DNA of 63,929 bases, filler included, from Octopus bimaculoides (taxonomy: Eukaryota): NCBI RefSeq assembly GCF_001194135.2. It is 7 parts of 7 records of this genome, joined end to end, with 100 filler letters (N's around TTAATTAATTAA, not from the genome) between each part and the next. Parts side by side here need not be neighbours in the genome. Positions count along the whole stretch, not along the records: positions 23,488 to 43,252 come from NC_068983.1; 6 more parts are not named here. One strand, given 5' to 3'. The position numbers and the translations under genes are program-made. This document shows, piece after piece, positions 25,040-39,089 of the stretch (position 1 is its first letter; each line of letters opens with the position of its first letter). The notes under the pieces are model-generated. The model was not told the DNA's origin and searched no databases. It worked only from the letters and a program-made list of their open reading frames with translations.

Positions 25040-27720
25040 ATGTGTCAGTCAAATCAGTAAAAGTCCTAACACTATATTAGCACTGTACACAACTGTGGGG
25101 TGATCAGGTGGGAACATCTAGCCTTGAATAGGAACTCTTCAACTATCATTAAATGATTGTGTCAACTCTCTTCCTCAGTCTTCTGGATGGGTAACAGCAC
25201 TGGAGTTAGTGAGTAGTCATTGAGATAGTCAGAGTGTGTGACACAATAGTTGAGTTAAGACTAGTTATAGACAACATTACGGCAATAGTGAGCTTTGTAT
25301 ATGTACCACAACTTCAAATGATAGGTAAGCAAAAGACCCATTTTTATGAGGCCTTCTTGTAGATTTCATGATAACAGCTGACAACAATCTTGAGTTCATA
25401 GATGGTGAGCATGCTGAACAATACCTTCATATTCTGATGTATGTAGCAGCTATCAGTGTTATGGTACAAGAAATAAAGACAATCAAAGCTTTTGGAATTT
25501 ATGATGCAGATGATTTAACCATTTGCAATACTAACTTCACAAAACTTGTTAGCTATGCAAACTAGCAAACTTGCATATCAGGTCATCTTCATACTCATCA
25601 GGAATTGAGATAGACAAATGTGTGGAAATATTGAGTCTTTTTTTTCTGATGAAGACTGTACCAACATAGACAAGTGACTGGGGACAGAAGTTATGGAAGC
25701 TAAAGCATTTTTTAACCAGATGTAGGTTCAAAGAAATGATCTGTATGTTGAAGAGAAAGAGAAAGTAAGCCTATGAAACAAATTTACTGCTAACTACAGA
25801 TCAGATCTGTGCTGGGAGCAAAATTCTAGCTAGATGGAATATGATGACAGAATAGTATGGTGGATAAAGCAATAAAAACTAAGAGATGGGTCTGGAAAGA
25901 ATTGAAGAAAGTGGGATGTGGAGAGAAAAGAACAAAATCAGGTAGCTAGAAACGTTAGGCATCAAATATATTTATCAAGAAGAGAAGCAGAGAGAAAGAG
26001 GTTTACTAATGTTCTGTTGATCATATGTGTGAAGCATTTTGGATTGTAACGCAATTTGATTCAGGACATCATTGGTGAAAAGTATGTACATAATGTTGGT
26101 AGCACATTCACTCTTACTGAGAAGTAGGAGGCATAGAAATGGTCCTGCAAGAGGTTGCTACATGAGGAGAGTGCATGAAAGTGAGAAAGATTACCTGAAA
26201 TAGACTCCTTAGAGGGACCAGGTATTGAAACTAACAGCTATAGAGTTGAAACGGTTGGATCATCAGAGATTATCATCCGGGATGATCTACTGACATGCAC
26301 TAATCATTTGCATAATTCATTAGATAATAACAATGAGATCATTTCCAGTAAATGGCATAGCAACATTGCCACCAACTGTTACTTGGGTAAAAGAGATGCA
26401 ATAGAAAGAAGAAAGTACAGAGGCATTAAACTGTTATATAAAGTTCTGAGACTGGTAAGAATTATGGCATAGCCTTCCAGTCAGGAAGGAAATTAGCTCA
26501 GATAAGATGCAATTCGGGTTTGTGTCAAAACAGGGTGCCATTGATATCCTCTTCCTTGTGAGACAGCTAAAGTTCTTAGTAAAGCATTTGTTGAACTGAA
26601 GAAGTCCTTTGACTGAGTACCACATATTTGTAATCTGGTGACCATTAATAAAGCTTTGTGTAGATGATTAGTTTGTGTTATCAAGATGAAAGTTCTCTGA
26701 GGAATTTAGCATGCAGGTAGGTGTTCATCAGGACTTAGTTCTCAGCAGCCTGTAGTTTATTATAATTCTCCAGGCCATAACAAAGGAATTTAAAACTAGC
26801 TGTCTGAAAACTTCTGTATACTGATGATCAAGTTCTCATAGCCGAATCTATCAAAGAATTAGGGAAAAAATTTCAAACCTGGGAGCAAAGCCTAAAACTA
26901 AGAGCTCTTAAAAGAAAATCTAGCAAAGAAAAAGTTTTAGTTAGTTGAAAAGAAGACTGGACGCTATGGAAAGTGACCATGCTTGATATGCAGAAAAGGA
27001 GTAGGTACAAATTTTATCAGATGTACCCAGTGTACATTATAGGTACCCAAGAGGTGCAATGGGATCACAGGTAAGTTCATAGAGAAGGACTGTATGAGGA
27101 GATGTGCAAGGGAAGCTAGCAATAAGAGCACACATCATAAAGTCTTTCAAATGTTTGAAGGGCTTCCTAGAAGTAATTCTTAGCTTTTGTGGTCTGGTTT
27201 ACCTAATTGGCTGTGGTGGAAAGTATTCTAAAAACATGGTAATCAGTATAAAAATGGTTTGGAAAAAGTTAAGGGAGGGAGGTATTAGGTATGAACTCTT
27301 CTAGAGACAGATTTCCCTCTTTGAGTGAATGACAGGTTGTATGATGCCTGCATATAAAGTGCAGAGTTTTCTGGTCGTAAAATATGGACATTGAATGTGG
27401 AGGATATGCAACAGATGGAAAGAAGTATAGCAGACATGCTCTACTGGACATATAATGTTAGTGTGCAAGAATGATGGAGTACAAACGAGTTGAGAGGTTG
27501 GGGAGGGCATAAAAGGAATCAGATGTATGCAAGACTAGGCTGGTACAGATATGTGATGCATATGGTGGATGCCAGTTAGGTAAATAATTACCAAGCAATT
27601 CAAGTGGAAGGAATCTGCAGAAGAGGAAAATTTATGAAGTAGTAGTAAAAGCTGAATAAAAAGAAGAAAATGACAATGGACCACAACATGTGACAAGATG
27701 CTGTGTTGGAAAAGACCTAT
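25040..27720 (+). mobile_element. Old, heavily mutated near-full-length RTE LINE (APE endonuclease plus RT remnants)
   Basis: Remnants include GNSTGV, RLVIDN, KRDAIERRKYRGIKLL and GVHQDLVLS...FIIILQAITKEFKT...YTDD. The 3' part is colinear with the RTE at 50.3-51.5 kb. Confidence 0.75.
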
Positions 27721-29504
27721 CCAATTCATAAAGTGGTAATAATGGGTTTCAGTTTGCTTTTCATTTATAAATTCCTCTCAGAAGGTATTGGTCAACTCTG
27801 GACTACAGTAGAAGGCATTTGCATAATATTCTGCACAATGGTATTGAAACTGGAACCATATGGTTGCAAAGCAAGCTTATTAACTAATAATGGTTTGATT
27901 GAACTTCATTTTGAATGTAGAACACTCTGCTCAAATGAACTTTTCACTGTATATCAGGAACATTATCTTTTAATCTTTTGAAGATGAAACCTACTGATAC
28001 ATCTACATAGAAGACAGTCACTTCTGTGAGATATAAAAATAAAAAGTGTTATCTTAAAATTTTGCAAAGAATGGTTGGACCTATTTTCTCACTGGTACAA
28101 AAAGTGATGGGGCAGTCACCTAAAAGTTAATAAGCGAAGAATGACTTTCTATGATCTTTGTGTTTACCATCTTGTAGTATTTTGGAAATTAATCCTTTTG
28201 TCAATAACTAATTTCACTGACTTGCCAAGTATACAAGATAAAGTTATCTGAATTGTCAAAAGGTGTTGTTAGTGCCCTACTTTGATTTATCACTAGCCAA
28301 GTCAATATTGGAAAGTCCACTGGTAACTGAACATCAATAGACATCAACACTTTCTTAAATTTTCTTCAGAAAATTTTCATCATTCTTCTTTACCATTTGT
28401 ACTTTATAAAAATTTGTGGCACATTGCCATCAGCCTAGTCATGTGTAAATGATTTCATTGAGCTTTTTTTGTAGTATAATGAATCTAGATTTACATATGT
28501 GTGTTGTGTATGTATGTAGCACTCTAATCTTATACACTTTGTACACAATAGACATATATAGTCAAGCTGCTATAAAGCTTGCATAATCTTCAGGGTTTTT
28601 TGTTTTTTTCTTTTTGGAAACCAGTTAGTCTGGTTAATTACATCACATCAGAAATGCTAATCTGTCTCCACCACTCCTATGTATTACATGATCCTCCTCT
28701 GTTTAGTTTAATGACTGTCAATAATTCAACAAATGTAGCTTTTTTTTTCCTTCTGAAGAATTCCTTCAAACAATAGCTGAAAAACTTTTCTACTTGTTTC
28801 ATATACTCTCTGTATTCAGTAATATCCTAATGAAATTCAGTGATGTGTGTTTAATTTAGAACAATTTAGTCTACGAATAAAGATTTTAATCGATCAGTTA
28901 AAGTGACTCTTATCTGGATTCTTTAAGATGCTTGATTTGATGTAATTAGCTACTAATTTTTGTAATATGAACATACTTGTACCAGTTGCTGGAAATTTTA
29001 TACCACCTTATTCTATACTTGCTTTTTTGTAGTAACAATTTTTTGATTGCTATTTTCCCCTTATCAATTAGTTATTTCCATTTGATGGGTCCACTCCTAG
29101 ACTATTTTACGGACTTATTAGTTCTACTTGTGTTAATTCTAAATTTCTAATATTCAAAATCTTTTGATAGATTATAAATTAAAATGAATTATGAAATCAT
29201 CTTCCAGAACATTTACTTGAAAGCAAACTTTTATACAGGTATAAGCAACCTTTTTATAAGAAGCATACTGTATGAAACATGGCTTGTCATCAGGCAGGCT
29301 GCACTACTAAAAAATTTCAAAGTAATTTTTCATTAATGTGCCATTCAGAAAGTCTGGCAGGCTGCAGTTTGCTCATGATTGCTTTAATACTTATTCGTTT
29401 CTTCCCTTCTCTGTGCATACCTATACTAAATGTCCCATATATTTATAAATGGAATCCTGACAATAATCCACATTAAACTACTATAATAAGCCTAGTAAAT
29501 TATT

Positions 29505-29680
29505 GGATTGGACTGCCTATGTTCAGTCCACTGCAGGATGGAGGCCTCAGCATGTCCTCTCCACCAACCATGGTCTGATGTGGAGGCTGTGAATTTGAGC
29601 TTGAGGTCATACTGGTTTGATGAGCCTACTCTACCACATTGGCATGACATGGTTTGACAGAGGGGTGTAGCTAAGTCGAT
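29505..29680 (-). mobile_element. RTE-like 3' end fragment
   Basis: cagtccactgcaggatggaggcctc is the reverse complement of the gaggcct..atcctgcagtggactg ending typical of RTE ORFs. Confidence 0.5.
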
Positions 29681-29836
29681 TACATTGACCCCATTGCTCA
29701 ACTGGTACTTATTTGATCAACCCTGAAAAAATGAAGGGCAAGGTTAGCTTCAGCAGAATTTGAACTCAGAATGTAGGGATGGACAAAATGGCAAAGCATT
29801 TCACTCGGTGTGCTAATGATTCTGCTAGCTGCTGCC
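29680..29836 (-). mobile_element. SINE family A, CpG-decayed
   Basis: aactggtacttatttgatcaaccctgaaaaaatgaagggcaagg...aatttgaactcagaatgta. Confidence 0.75.
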
Positions 29837-30513
29837 ATAGTAAATAATATTGTCCAATAATTTATGATTGTTTATTCTTTTGTAATTTTTTATTTAGTAA
29901 CATTTTATTTTTTGTAGTATTTGTAATTTCTTAGCTAAAGGTTTTTGTTTAACCACAAAAGTTTACTAAAACAATTTTTTCAAAGTGTTTTGTCACTTAT
30001 TGTATTGATCTTGCATATTTGTTAAATTCAGAAGTTTAATTTTGTTACTATTCAAAATGCTATAAAGTCCAATAATTTAAATAGAAAGGATGTTTAGTTT
30101 ATAAACAGCTTATAGCGTCTGTAATTGTATAGTTACGTCTTTGTTGAAGCCTGCTTGTCATAGCTAACTCTGTATTTGTAGTTAGTTCTGGGGTCAGAAA
30201 TGACACAAATTGGATTGTGTTTGTCAAGACAATTTTTATTACAAGCTGGTTTCCTATTTACACAGCTGAAATTGCAGTTATATTAGTTTCTGATGTCTAT
30301 TACTTTTTTTTTTTTTCAGTTGGCTCTTACAATTTTAATTTTTTAATTTTTATTTCCTGTTTTAGGGAAATGTGTCTCCTTTTACTCACTTTTCAATTCA
30401 GATATTTGTAAAGGAATATTTGATTTTGAGCTTACCTAAAAGAAGTTATTGTTATTCTGGAAGCTAGGTATTTATTTTTCAGAAGTTGTATAATGAATAA
30501 ATATTCCCTTAAG

Positions 30514-30558
<45 letters not shown>

Positions 30559-33500
30559 TTAGTACAAGTATTTACAATGCTAATTAGACAACCTTTTCTG
30601 TTTTTTTAGAATATCTGCTTAATATTTATAAATATATTTGTAGCTTACAGACACACTTTGGTGTTCAGGGAATTGGTTTAAAATATTTATGGCTATAATT
30701 GGATTTTTATTTTAATATGTTGTACAAAGTCGATGAAAGGACATAACCATAATTTAATGTGTACCTTCAACTGATTGTAGCTAAATCAGTAAAGAAGGGC
30801 TGTTTGGAACTGGTTAAACTAAATCCATCTCCATTTGATGAGAACAAGACTGTTTTTAGAGAGAGAACATATCAGTGAAATGTTAAAACTAGAAGTTGAA
30901 GAAAAATCAAAGCACAAAAGAATGAAAAATTGGAGTGAATGATCATAAGAAGATATCAACAAGAAAATTTATTTTGTGTCAGTTTTACCACATTATTAGC
31001 AAGATATAACCCACGTTCTAAAGAACAGGGAAAAAAGAACTTTAAAAAAATAGCATGTATTCTATAGAATACTCTAAAATTAATATGGAAATGTTAAACA
31101 CTAAACAATGATATCCTAATGAAATGTTAGCATATATTTCAATACTAGGCATTCATCTGCAGGCTGTAACTAACAGGTGGATTAAATGACTGGATAAATG
31201 CACTCTGATGACTTTGGTTAGCATTTTACCAAAACCTTAAACTCTTTTCCATCTGGAAGGTTGTTAAAGAAGAATAGAACAGCACACAAAGTTGATTAAT
31301 GCATGAGTGTTAATATGTAACTCTTTCACTCCTTCATATCTTAAAGACTATACATTTTATCTTACATAATTTTAAGAGTAACTTGAGAAAATGTAATTCT
31401 AGAAGTAACACCAGCTGCCTATTTTAGATCCTTTGATAGAGACAAGAACTTTTACTAGACCTAAAAAAAATTTCAAAATTAACTTCACCCTGCTGCATTT
31501 TCATTTTTAATGGTTGATCGTTAAGAGATTATCTTAATAAAGAAAACAAAAGGAAACATAACATAAATGTGTTATTCATGAGAAATTTTATGTTACTTTT
31601 ATGTCAACCACAATACCTAATTTTTTTTTTTTTTAATAATTATTACTGATTAATAATGTAAAACAAATTAGTATTTACAGGTATAAATTGATGATTCTAC
31701 TGTCTTCTACCCTCCACACTCTACTCTCTTTCCCAATGTGACTGCTAACATTATTAAAGTGTAACTCACAATTATATAGTGGGTGTGAATGTATTTAAAC
31801 AGCTTGCAATTGAAGCTTTGTCAAACTTTAAGAGAAACATGAATAGAAAGCTTACATGTACCCACCACACATCACACCACACCGTATACACCCACACACC
31901 ACACACATACACACTTGCATACGTTTAAGATTTCTATTCATGTTTTTTAATGTTTATTTTTGCATGATTGAATAGAATAGATAAATGAGCAAAATGGCTT
32001 TTCTTTAACTGTTTGTCCTTGAGCATTTCCGGTGTTAATGTCAACACTTTACTATGTCAGTCTTTCTGACCCCATTCTAATTGCAATTTGATCTAAGTCC
32101 ATTACCAATTTACAACTTATCTCTAAAGAGTTCTCATCATCCATTCTAATTACATTCCTGTACTACTTAGCATTCACTTGTTAAATAACACCAAAATAAT
32201 GCTATTTTCCAGTTGCTTTCATATATGTTTTTCAAAGCTATGCTTTAGATTTGAATTACTCATTTGACACACAAAGCTGATATTCATGCTGAAACATTGT
32301 TCTGTTAATTTCTTCAAATGCTTATAATAAAATTCTTTGCACCTTTGTTAACATTAATTACTTTCTCCAAAATTGCAAAGCCTATCTACTATTTGTTAGT
32401 GGACTATCATACTGTTCTATCCAAGATTAGTGTCAGTGTATTTGACAGTTGCATAATGTAGGACAAGTAAATTAGATTTAGAAAAAGAAAAAAGAAATTT
32501 AGCAAAGAAGAGAAAGTGTTTTCCACTTGAATTAAGCTTCCTCCTTGTTATTTAAAAGTGTTTCATATTTTTGGACTTTAATTGATTGTGTTTTTTCTTA
32601 TTAAATTACATAGGTAAAATGAAATATGTCATGTTATGTATTTTGTCTTGGAGCATAGTATTAGCAACAAGCTCTGAGTTTGTGACATTTTGATTAGTAG
32701 ACCAATATCTAAATCATTTAGTTTCTTTTATATTTCAGTTGTTTTGAAACATTGAGAATGTTCTAGAATGGTCTGAAAAAAAAAAAAAAAATGATCTGAT
32801 TTCATTTATACTTAGACATTTCTGATGTATTCATTAAATAATATTAACTAATATTCTTTGATTATCAAAATTATAATTACAAATATATGGTTGGGATGTT
32901 AAAGTTCTGTACTAATGACTAATAGGTGATGATTGCAAACTAAAGTATAACACATTGCATTATGTTCTTAAGTAAGGCATATAACTCCTGCGTTGTATAC
33001 TTCATCTTCCTGCTTAAATGCTTAGCATAAAAAAAATTTCTTGGCTGGCACTTATAGTTAAGTATGAGTTGGAATCAGTGTACGTCTCCAATGAAAGTGT
33101 GAAGTATCATTACATTTGAAAAATAAAGCATTAACAAATATATCTAGTTATAAAAAGAATTTATTCAACACAAATAACTCACCTTAGCTGGTATGGAAAA
33201 ATCAATATAAAACAAAGTAAAATAATAATAATAGTAATAAACTATTTAGTTGCAAATTAAACATTATTTCAATAAGTAATCCCCTTTTTACAACAAATTG
33301 AAAATGTACATGTATTTGGGCCTGATCTAGGATTTTTGTTGTTTTTAAAATATTTGTTTATCAGTATTAGAGGGTGATGGATCGGCAAGAGTAATTAGAA
33401 TGCTAGATATACTGCTTTTTGTTTTTTGTTCCAGTTCTTTACATTAAAATACCAGTCAAGTACTGGGGTTGACTTAGTTGTCTGTCATTTTCCTCCAGTT

Positions 33501-35764
33501 TTGTGACTGTATTACAAAAATCTTACTAGATAACTAGTTTTTTTTTTTTTTTGTGGAAAGATTATTTCTGACTAAAAGTCAAGTGAATAGCTGTGTAAGG
33601 TTACAGATGGTCATAGCAGTTATTTCTAAGAATTGTTATTGGTGTTGTGTTTTTCATATCCTGTATTTGCACAAATATTTCTTTTTTGAAAGTGTGTATG
33701 TGGGGTGGGACAAATACAATTTCTAAATATTAATTTTCATACTCTTGATAGGAATGTTTGTTTTTTTCTTTTTCTTTTCACAACATTGCCAAATATTTAG
33801 ATACAACATCTGCAGTACTTACATTCTAAGATTTGTTTTTCTTCAATGAATTACTATTTACTAGTGGAATATTGCCAAGTTGGCTTTAGGATGTTTAAAA
33901 TTTAGATATCCAATATTTTGACTGTTTCCATCAATGACATTCCTTCTAAGTTTAAATCTCAGTGATTGAAATGCTTCCTCCTTCTCTGAAACATTGATAA
34001 TTTTTATCACTTGTAAACTTTTATGTTGGCACATTTAAATCCTGTTTCTCCTCTCATTTCTTATATTTTTGTATAAGCTGATTTAGTCGTATATTCTCAA
34101 GTTATTGGTCAGTTAGGACAAACGATAAAGGCTCTTATTCATATCCGGTCACAAGGCATTCATTTTTTACTCTGTGGAACTGAAATACAGTTAGAAGGTC
34201 TCTATTGAAAGTAACATTATATTGCCACTAGTATTGTACAAGTGAATCCAAAGACCACTCTAGTAATTTAACAAGTCTACTTAATGAAAATGTATTCCTA
34301 GATGATGGAAAAATTTTGATGTATATAATTGAAATAGGATTGAATTAAAATAGCTATTCATGTATCGTATTTAACATATATGCACATGCTGTTAATAGGC
34401 ATGATGCTGTGAATCTCATGGGTTACTGCTGGAACAATACTTGTCTTGCTGTGATATGTATTGTATTTATAACACAGTCTGCTTATAAAGAGATTTTCTC
34501 ATACAAAACCCACAATAACTTGCCTGTCAATGGTGTATATACTTTAAGTATGATATATACATGGATATTTTAATTGAATGCTGTTTCATTTGTGTACACT
34601 GAATTTTTTTTTTTTTTTTTTTTTGCTTGGTGGCTATCTGCACTGTCAGTGAGTGTATTATTTACTGTTTCCTATATACTTAAGGGGATGGTTTTCATCT
34701 AGACATATGACTAGCGAGTACACATTGTTGACAAAGCCAAAGTACATTTGATGTTCTTGTGGGTCACTGCTGGGATGATGTTTGTCTTACTCCTATATAA
34801 ATTATTTTTAATACTGCATGTTTATGAAGAGATTTTTTTCTCAAACCTAAAAAAAACAGTGTCATGCCTGTCAATCATATATTTGCATTCAGTGTGATAC
34901 ATAGATGGCTATGGAAAAATTTCTACATGTTTATCTATATTTTGTCATTCAAGACTTTGTTTATTAGAAATTCCAAAACACATTCATAAAGCAGTACCTA
35001 TTTTGATTAAATGCAACTATAATTATATTCAATAAAATCAGAATTTACTCTTTTTCCAAGAAAAATAGTTTATGACTTAATCCTCTACAGAATTTTTTTA
35101 TGGGTGCTATTTCACTAGTCCATCTATCTTAAAGCAGGTTATTAACAGCCTATTATCATACTTGGGATTCCCAAGCATTGGTAATTATCTTGTAGCAGAA
35201 TATCTTATCTTAGCATTATTGGTTTCTTGTATCAGGAGATCCCAGTAGTTTATTTGTAGTTGAACATTGTAGTATGAATAGTTTGCTTTTAGGTGTCTGT
35301 TACTCTTGAGTAGTTTGTTTTAGCCCGGAGTTGCTTACTTTTAAGCTTTGTGAGGATGTTTGCTTTATGTATTTTGTATAGGGTACTTAACCTTCTTGTT
35401 TAAGAAGAACAAATTACAGTATTTTTAGCAATCTGTTAGCCAATATCATGCTTTACTTCATGATTAGGCATTGATTCTTCGAAGAAAATGTACCTATTAA
35501 CTATAAATTACAATCTGTATTCAAAGTAGAGATTTTTGGACATCAATAGTTCTGGAATCAATATTTTTCTTTTTACTATGAACGAACCATAAACGTTTTT
35601 TAACACTTCAGTTGCATTTCATCACCTAAGAACTAGATGTTAATTTCAATTCCAAAAATCCTATTATTTGCTAATTCTTTTCCTAATGTCTATTTTTGGT
35701 TATTTTTGAATGGCGTTTTGATTAAGAGCTTAATCTTTCCACTACTTATATCTAAAATCATTTA

Positions 35765-35879
35765 ATTTGTGGTTAAGAAGCTTTCTTCCCAGACATGGTT
35801 TCAGGTTCAGTCCCACTAGGCAAGTGTCTTCTATTATAGTCCTAGGTGGATCAAAATCTTGGGAATGGAAAAAGTCCAT

Positions 35880-35921
<42 letters not shown>

Positions 35922-35925
35922 TGTC

Positions 35926-35968
<43 letters not shown>

Positions 35969-36168
35969 ACTAGCTTTAACATCATGCGGTGGTTGTAAAC
36001 AAGCAGTGTTCATTTCCAATCTTTCATGAAAAGTATATCTTGCCATGAGGAAATATTACCTTGCTTGGTGAAGATTGATGACAGGAAGGGCATCTGGCTA
36101 TTATCTGTCCCAACAAATTCCATCTGACCCATGCAAGCATGGAAAAGTGTTCATTAAAATGATGATGT
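35765..36168 (+). mobile_element. Composite SINE: family B head, (GT)n, family C-like tail
   Basis: gtggttaagaagctttcttcccagacatggtttcaggttcagtccc...gacaggaagggcatctggc...acccatgcaagcatggaaaagtg...aatgatgatg. Similar tails at 39900-40080 and 57430-57602. Confidence 0.7.
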
Positions 36169-36921
36169 TGCAATATCACTGATATATTAGGTTGTAATTC
36201 ATAGCTTGAAAATTATTTCTAGCAAAAGACTACAAAACTATCATTGTTTTGTTTTATATTTTTGATTATTGCAATATTTGAATTATTTATGCTTACTGAG
36301 CAATATGTTGAATATAATCTTTATATAATTCTATTTCATACTAAGACACAGATGTTCAAATTGGTAGGAATGATATATGTGTCCTCTTACCTGTATTGCA
36401 ATATGGCTATTGCACAAACATATAGATTTTTAAATAGTCCAGTTCACTTAATTGATGCCATAATGTAACTATTAACAAAAATTGTCCTAAGACCAAACCT
36501 ATGATTGCTTTAAAGTGGGAGATATTTGGAAATTGATTAAGACCAAGGAAACTGGTGAAGACATAATGTTCTCTAAATTATGGTGAATAGAAGAGAAATA
36601 TCTTGCTGCCAGAAGTTTTCTTACTATTGTTTGTGCCAATGTCAAGTGAGGATGACCTTTAAGGGAGCAGAAATCACTGGAGATTTAAGCCATTGTATGG
36701 TGTGTGACAGAAATGTGATGCTGTATATAAAGCAGTTGAAAGAAATAGATATGAAGTTGCTTGAAAAAAGAGAGAAAAAAAGAAAAAAAAAACATTACTA
36801 TGATCTATTGGTTATGCAATGTGGATATGAAACCCCAATTAAGTATATATAAAAAGAAATTGATTAATAGGTCTGCATTTGGCATGTTATGCAAATGGAT
36901 AATATAGATATAAGTTATAAG

Positions 36922-37108
36922 ATGGTGAGCTGGCAAAATTATTAGCACAGGGGTAAATTGCTTTCATCTTCAAATTCTGCTGAAGTCAACTTTACCCTTC
37001 ATCCTTTCAGGGTCATTAAAATTAGTACCAGTTGAGCACTGGGGTCAATGTAAATGACTTATCCCTCCCCAACAGAATTGCTGGCCTTGTGCCAAAATTT
37101 GAAACCAA
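36922..37108 (+). mobile_element. SINE family A, CpG-decayed
   Basis: ggtgagctggcaaaattattagcac...cccttcatcctttcagggtcattaaaattagtaccag...ggccttgtgccaaaatttgaaacc. Confidence 0.75.
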
Positions 37109-37924
37109 TGTAGATGGACAGCATGGTGCAAGTATTTAGACCGGTTTTAGCTGATTTAATCCAAATCATCTTGTTAACATGGATATTATAAAATTAATGA
37201 TAACAATGATGACAAAGAAGAAGAGGATTACAGGTCAAATAAAATAAAAAGTATCGCCAGTATAATATAATAGATTCATGTCAGCTATAGTCTCTCCTCA
37301 TTTACAAAAGGAACTTTTTCTGTAAGGTAGAAATCAATATTAGTTGTTATTCCTAACAATATTGTTTACGTTATAGTTGATATAATCTAAGTCACTCTCT
37401 TACAGGCACTTTGTATTTGAATATTACTGTAATTGAAAGGCAATGTAGGGTAAACGAGACAGGAATCTTGAACAGTTTGGCATTAAGTTTTGGACTTTGT
37501 AATGTAAGCATTCTGGTTATTTTGACATTGTGCTCCATGGTTATAAACTATAAAGCAGACTGTATACTTTTAAGAAATTGTGATTTAATGGGTCTTGAGA
37601 TATTCATGCTTTATGCTAGAACATTCGTAACACAAGGGAAGTGAAGTGTCTCTAAACAGGTTTTGAAATAGCATGTGAAAGGGAATCCTTTTTGTTTCAC
37701 TATAATCCCTGATCTTTTTCCTTTGTTGTTTTTTTTTTTTTTTTTTTTTTCAAAATTAGGTAAAACACCTGAGAACTGTAGTGTATGTGAAATATGTTTG
37801 TGTGATTTAAATGCCTTTCTCTAGTCCATTAACAACATCGGCAAAAGAAATATATGCAACCAGAAATAGAAACCAAGTTGCAAACTTCAACTGTCAGGGC
37901 CAGATTAATTCAATAGTAATGATA

Positions 37925-38100
37925 ATTTCAAATTTTGGCACAAGTCAGCAACTTTGTGGGAGGAGGTAAGTCAGTCACAACAACCCCAGTATGCAATTGG
38001 TACTTATTCTATTGAACTTGAAAGGATGAAAGGCAAAGTCAACCTCGGCAGAATTTGAACTTAGAATGTTAAGACAGACGAATTGCTGCTAAGCATTTTG
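37925..38100 (-). mobile_element. SINE family A
   Basis: aatttcaaattttggcacaag...aaaggatgaaaggcaaagtcaacctcggcagaatttgaac. Confidence 0.75.
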
Positions 38101-38304
38101 CCTTAACAACAACAACACATCAGCTTTATTATAATATAGATTTTGGTTAAAGTGATTTTACTTAACCACCAATATGCCTCAAATTTAACTGCTTTCCTAT
38201 TTTTCTTCAACATTCAATCTGAAATTATTTAAGAAAATATTTTAGCCTTTTTGAATCAGAGTGCAGATTCTGTTACAGCTAACTTTACCCTTCATCCCTT
38301 TAGG

Positions 38305-38471
38305 TGGTAGACATAGTTGTATGGTTAAGAAGTTTGCTTTCCAATCACATGGTTTGGGGTTCTGCCCTAATCTTGTTGTGTAGCACCTTAGGCAAGTGTC
38401 TTCTACTGTTGCTGCAAGCTGACCAAAGCTTTGTGAGTGGATTTGGTCAATGGAAACTGAAAGAAACTCAT

Positions 38472-38475
<4 letters not shown>
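38305..38475 (+). mobile_element. SINE family B 5' part
   Basis: atggttaagaagtttgctttccaatcacatgg...gcaccttaggcaagtgtcttctact...ggaaactgaaagaa. Confidence 0.75.
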
Positions 38476-38525
<50 letters not shown>

Positions 38526-38569
38526 AGCCCCACAGAGGTGATGACAAGTGATTCAGACCTCTAGTGATA

Positions 38570-39068
38570 AACTATGCACAAGAAAACTTGTCAGGCCAAG
38601 TGAAATTGTAGTTTTAGTGCCAGTATCATGTGAACAGCACCCATGCATCGTAGTCATGGTTGTTTCCGGTGCCATGTAAATGACACCTGTGCACTGTAGT
38701 CATGGTTGTTGATGGTATCATGTAAATGGCACCTGGGAATCATGGTCATTGGCAGTGCCATGCAAGCGGCACCCGGAAATCATTGTGGTCACTGCCAGTG
38801 CCATGTAAATGGCACCTGTGCATCATAGTCATGGTCACTGCTAGTAACATGTACATGGCACCCATGAATTGTAGTCATGGTTGTTGCTGGTGTCATGTAA
38901 ACAGCACCCATTACGCTCCTGGAGTGATTGACATTAGGAAGGGCATCCAGCAGTAGTAACCATACCAAATCAGACTGGAACCTGGTGCAGCTCTCCAGCT
39001 CATCATCTCTAGTCAAACTGTCTAACCTATACCAGCATTGAGAGCGGATGTTAAATGATGATGATGAT
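38570..39068 (+). mobile_element. Family C retroposon with ~6 internal tandem ~45-bp repeats
   Basis: Units of gtagtcatggt...gtgccatgtaaatggcacc at 38630-38905, then aggaagggcatccagc...gttaaatgatgatg. Confidence 0.75.
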
Positions 39069-39089
39069 ATATATATATATGTGTATATA

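Noticed and set aside
34708-34729. TGACTAG resembling the miR-279 seed
   Set aside because: The rest of the sequence does not match the family, and the segment is not paired along a full 22-nt arm.
38630-38905. Regularly spaced repeats resembling a CRISPR array
   Set aside because: Degenerate head-to-tail units without unique spacers, inside a retroposon, in a eukaryotic context with no cas genes.
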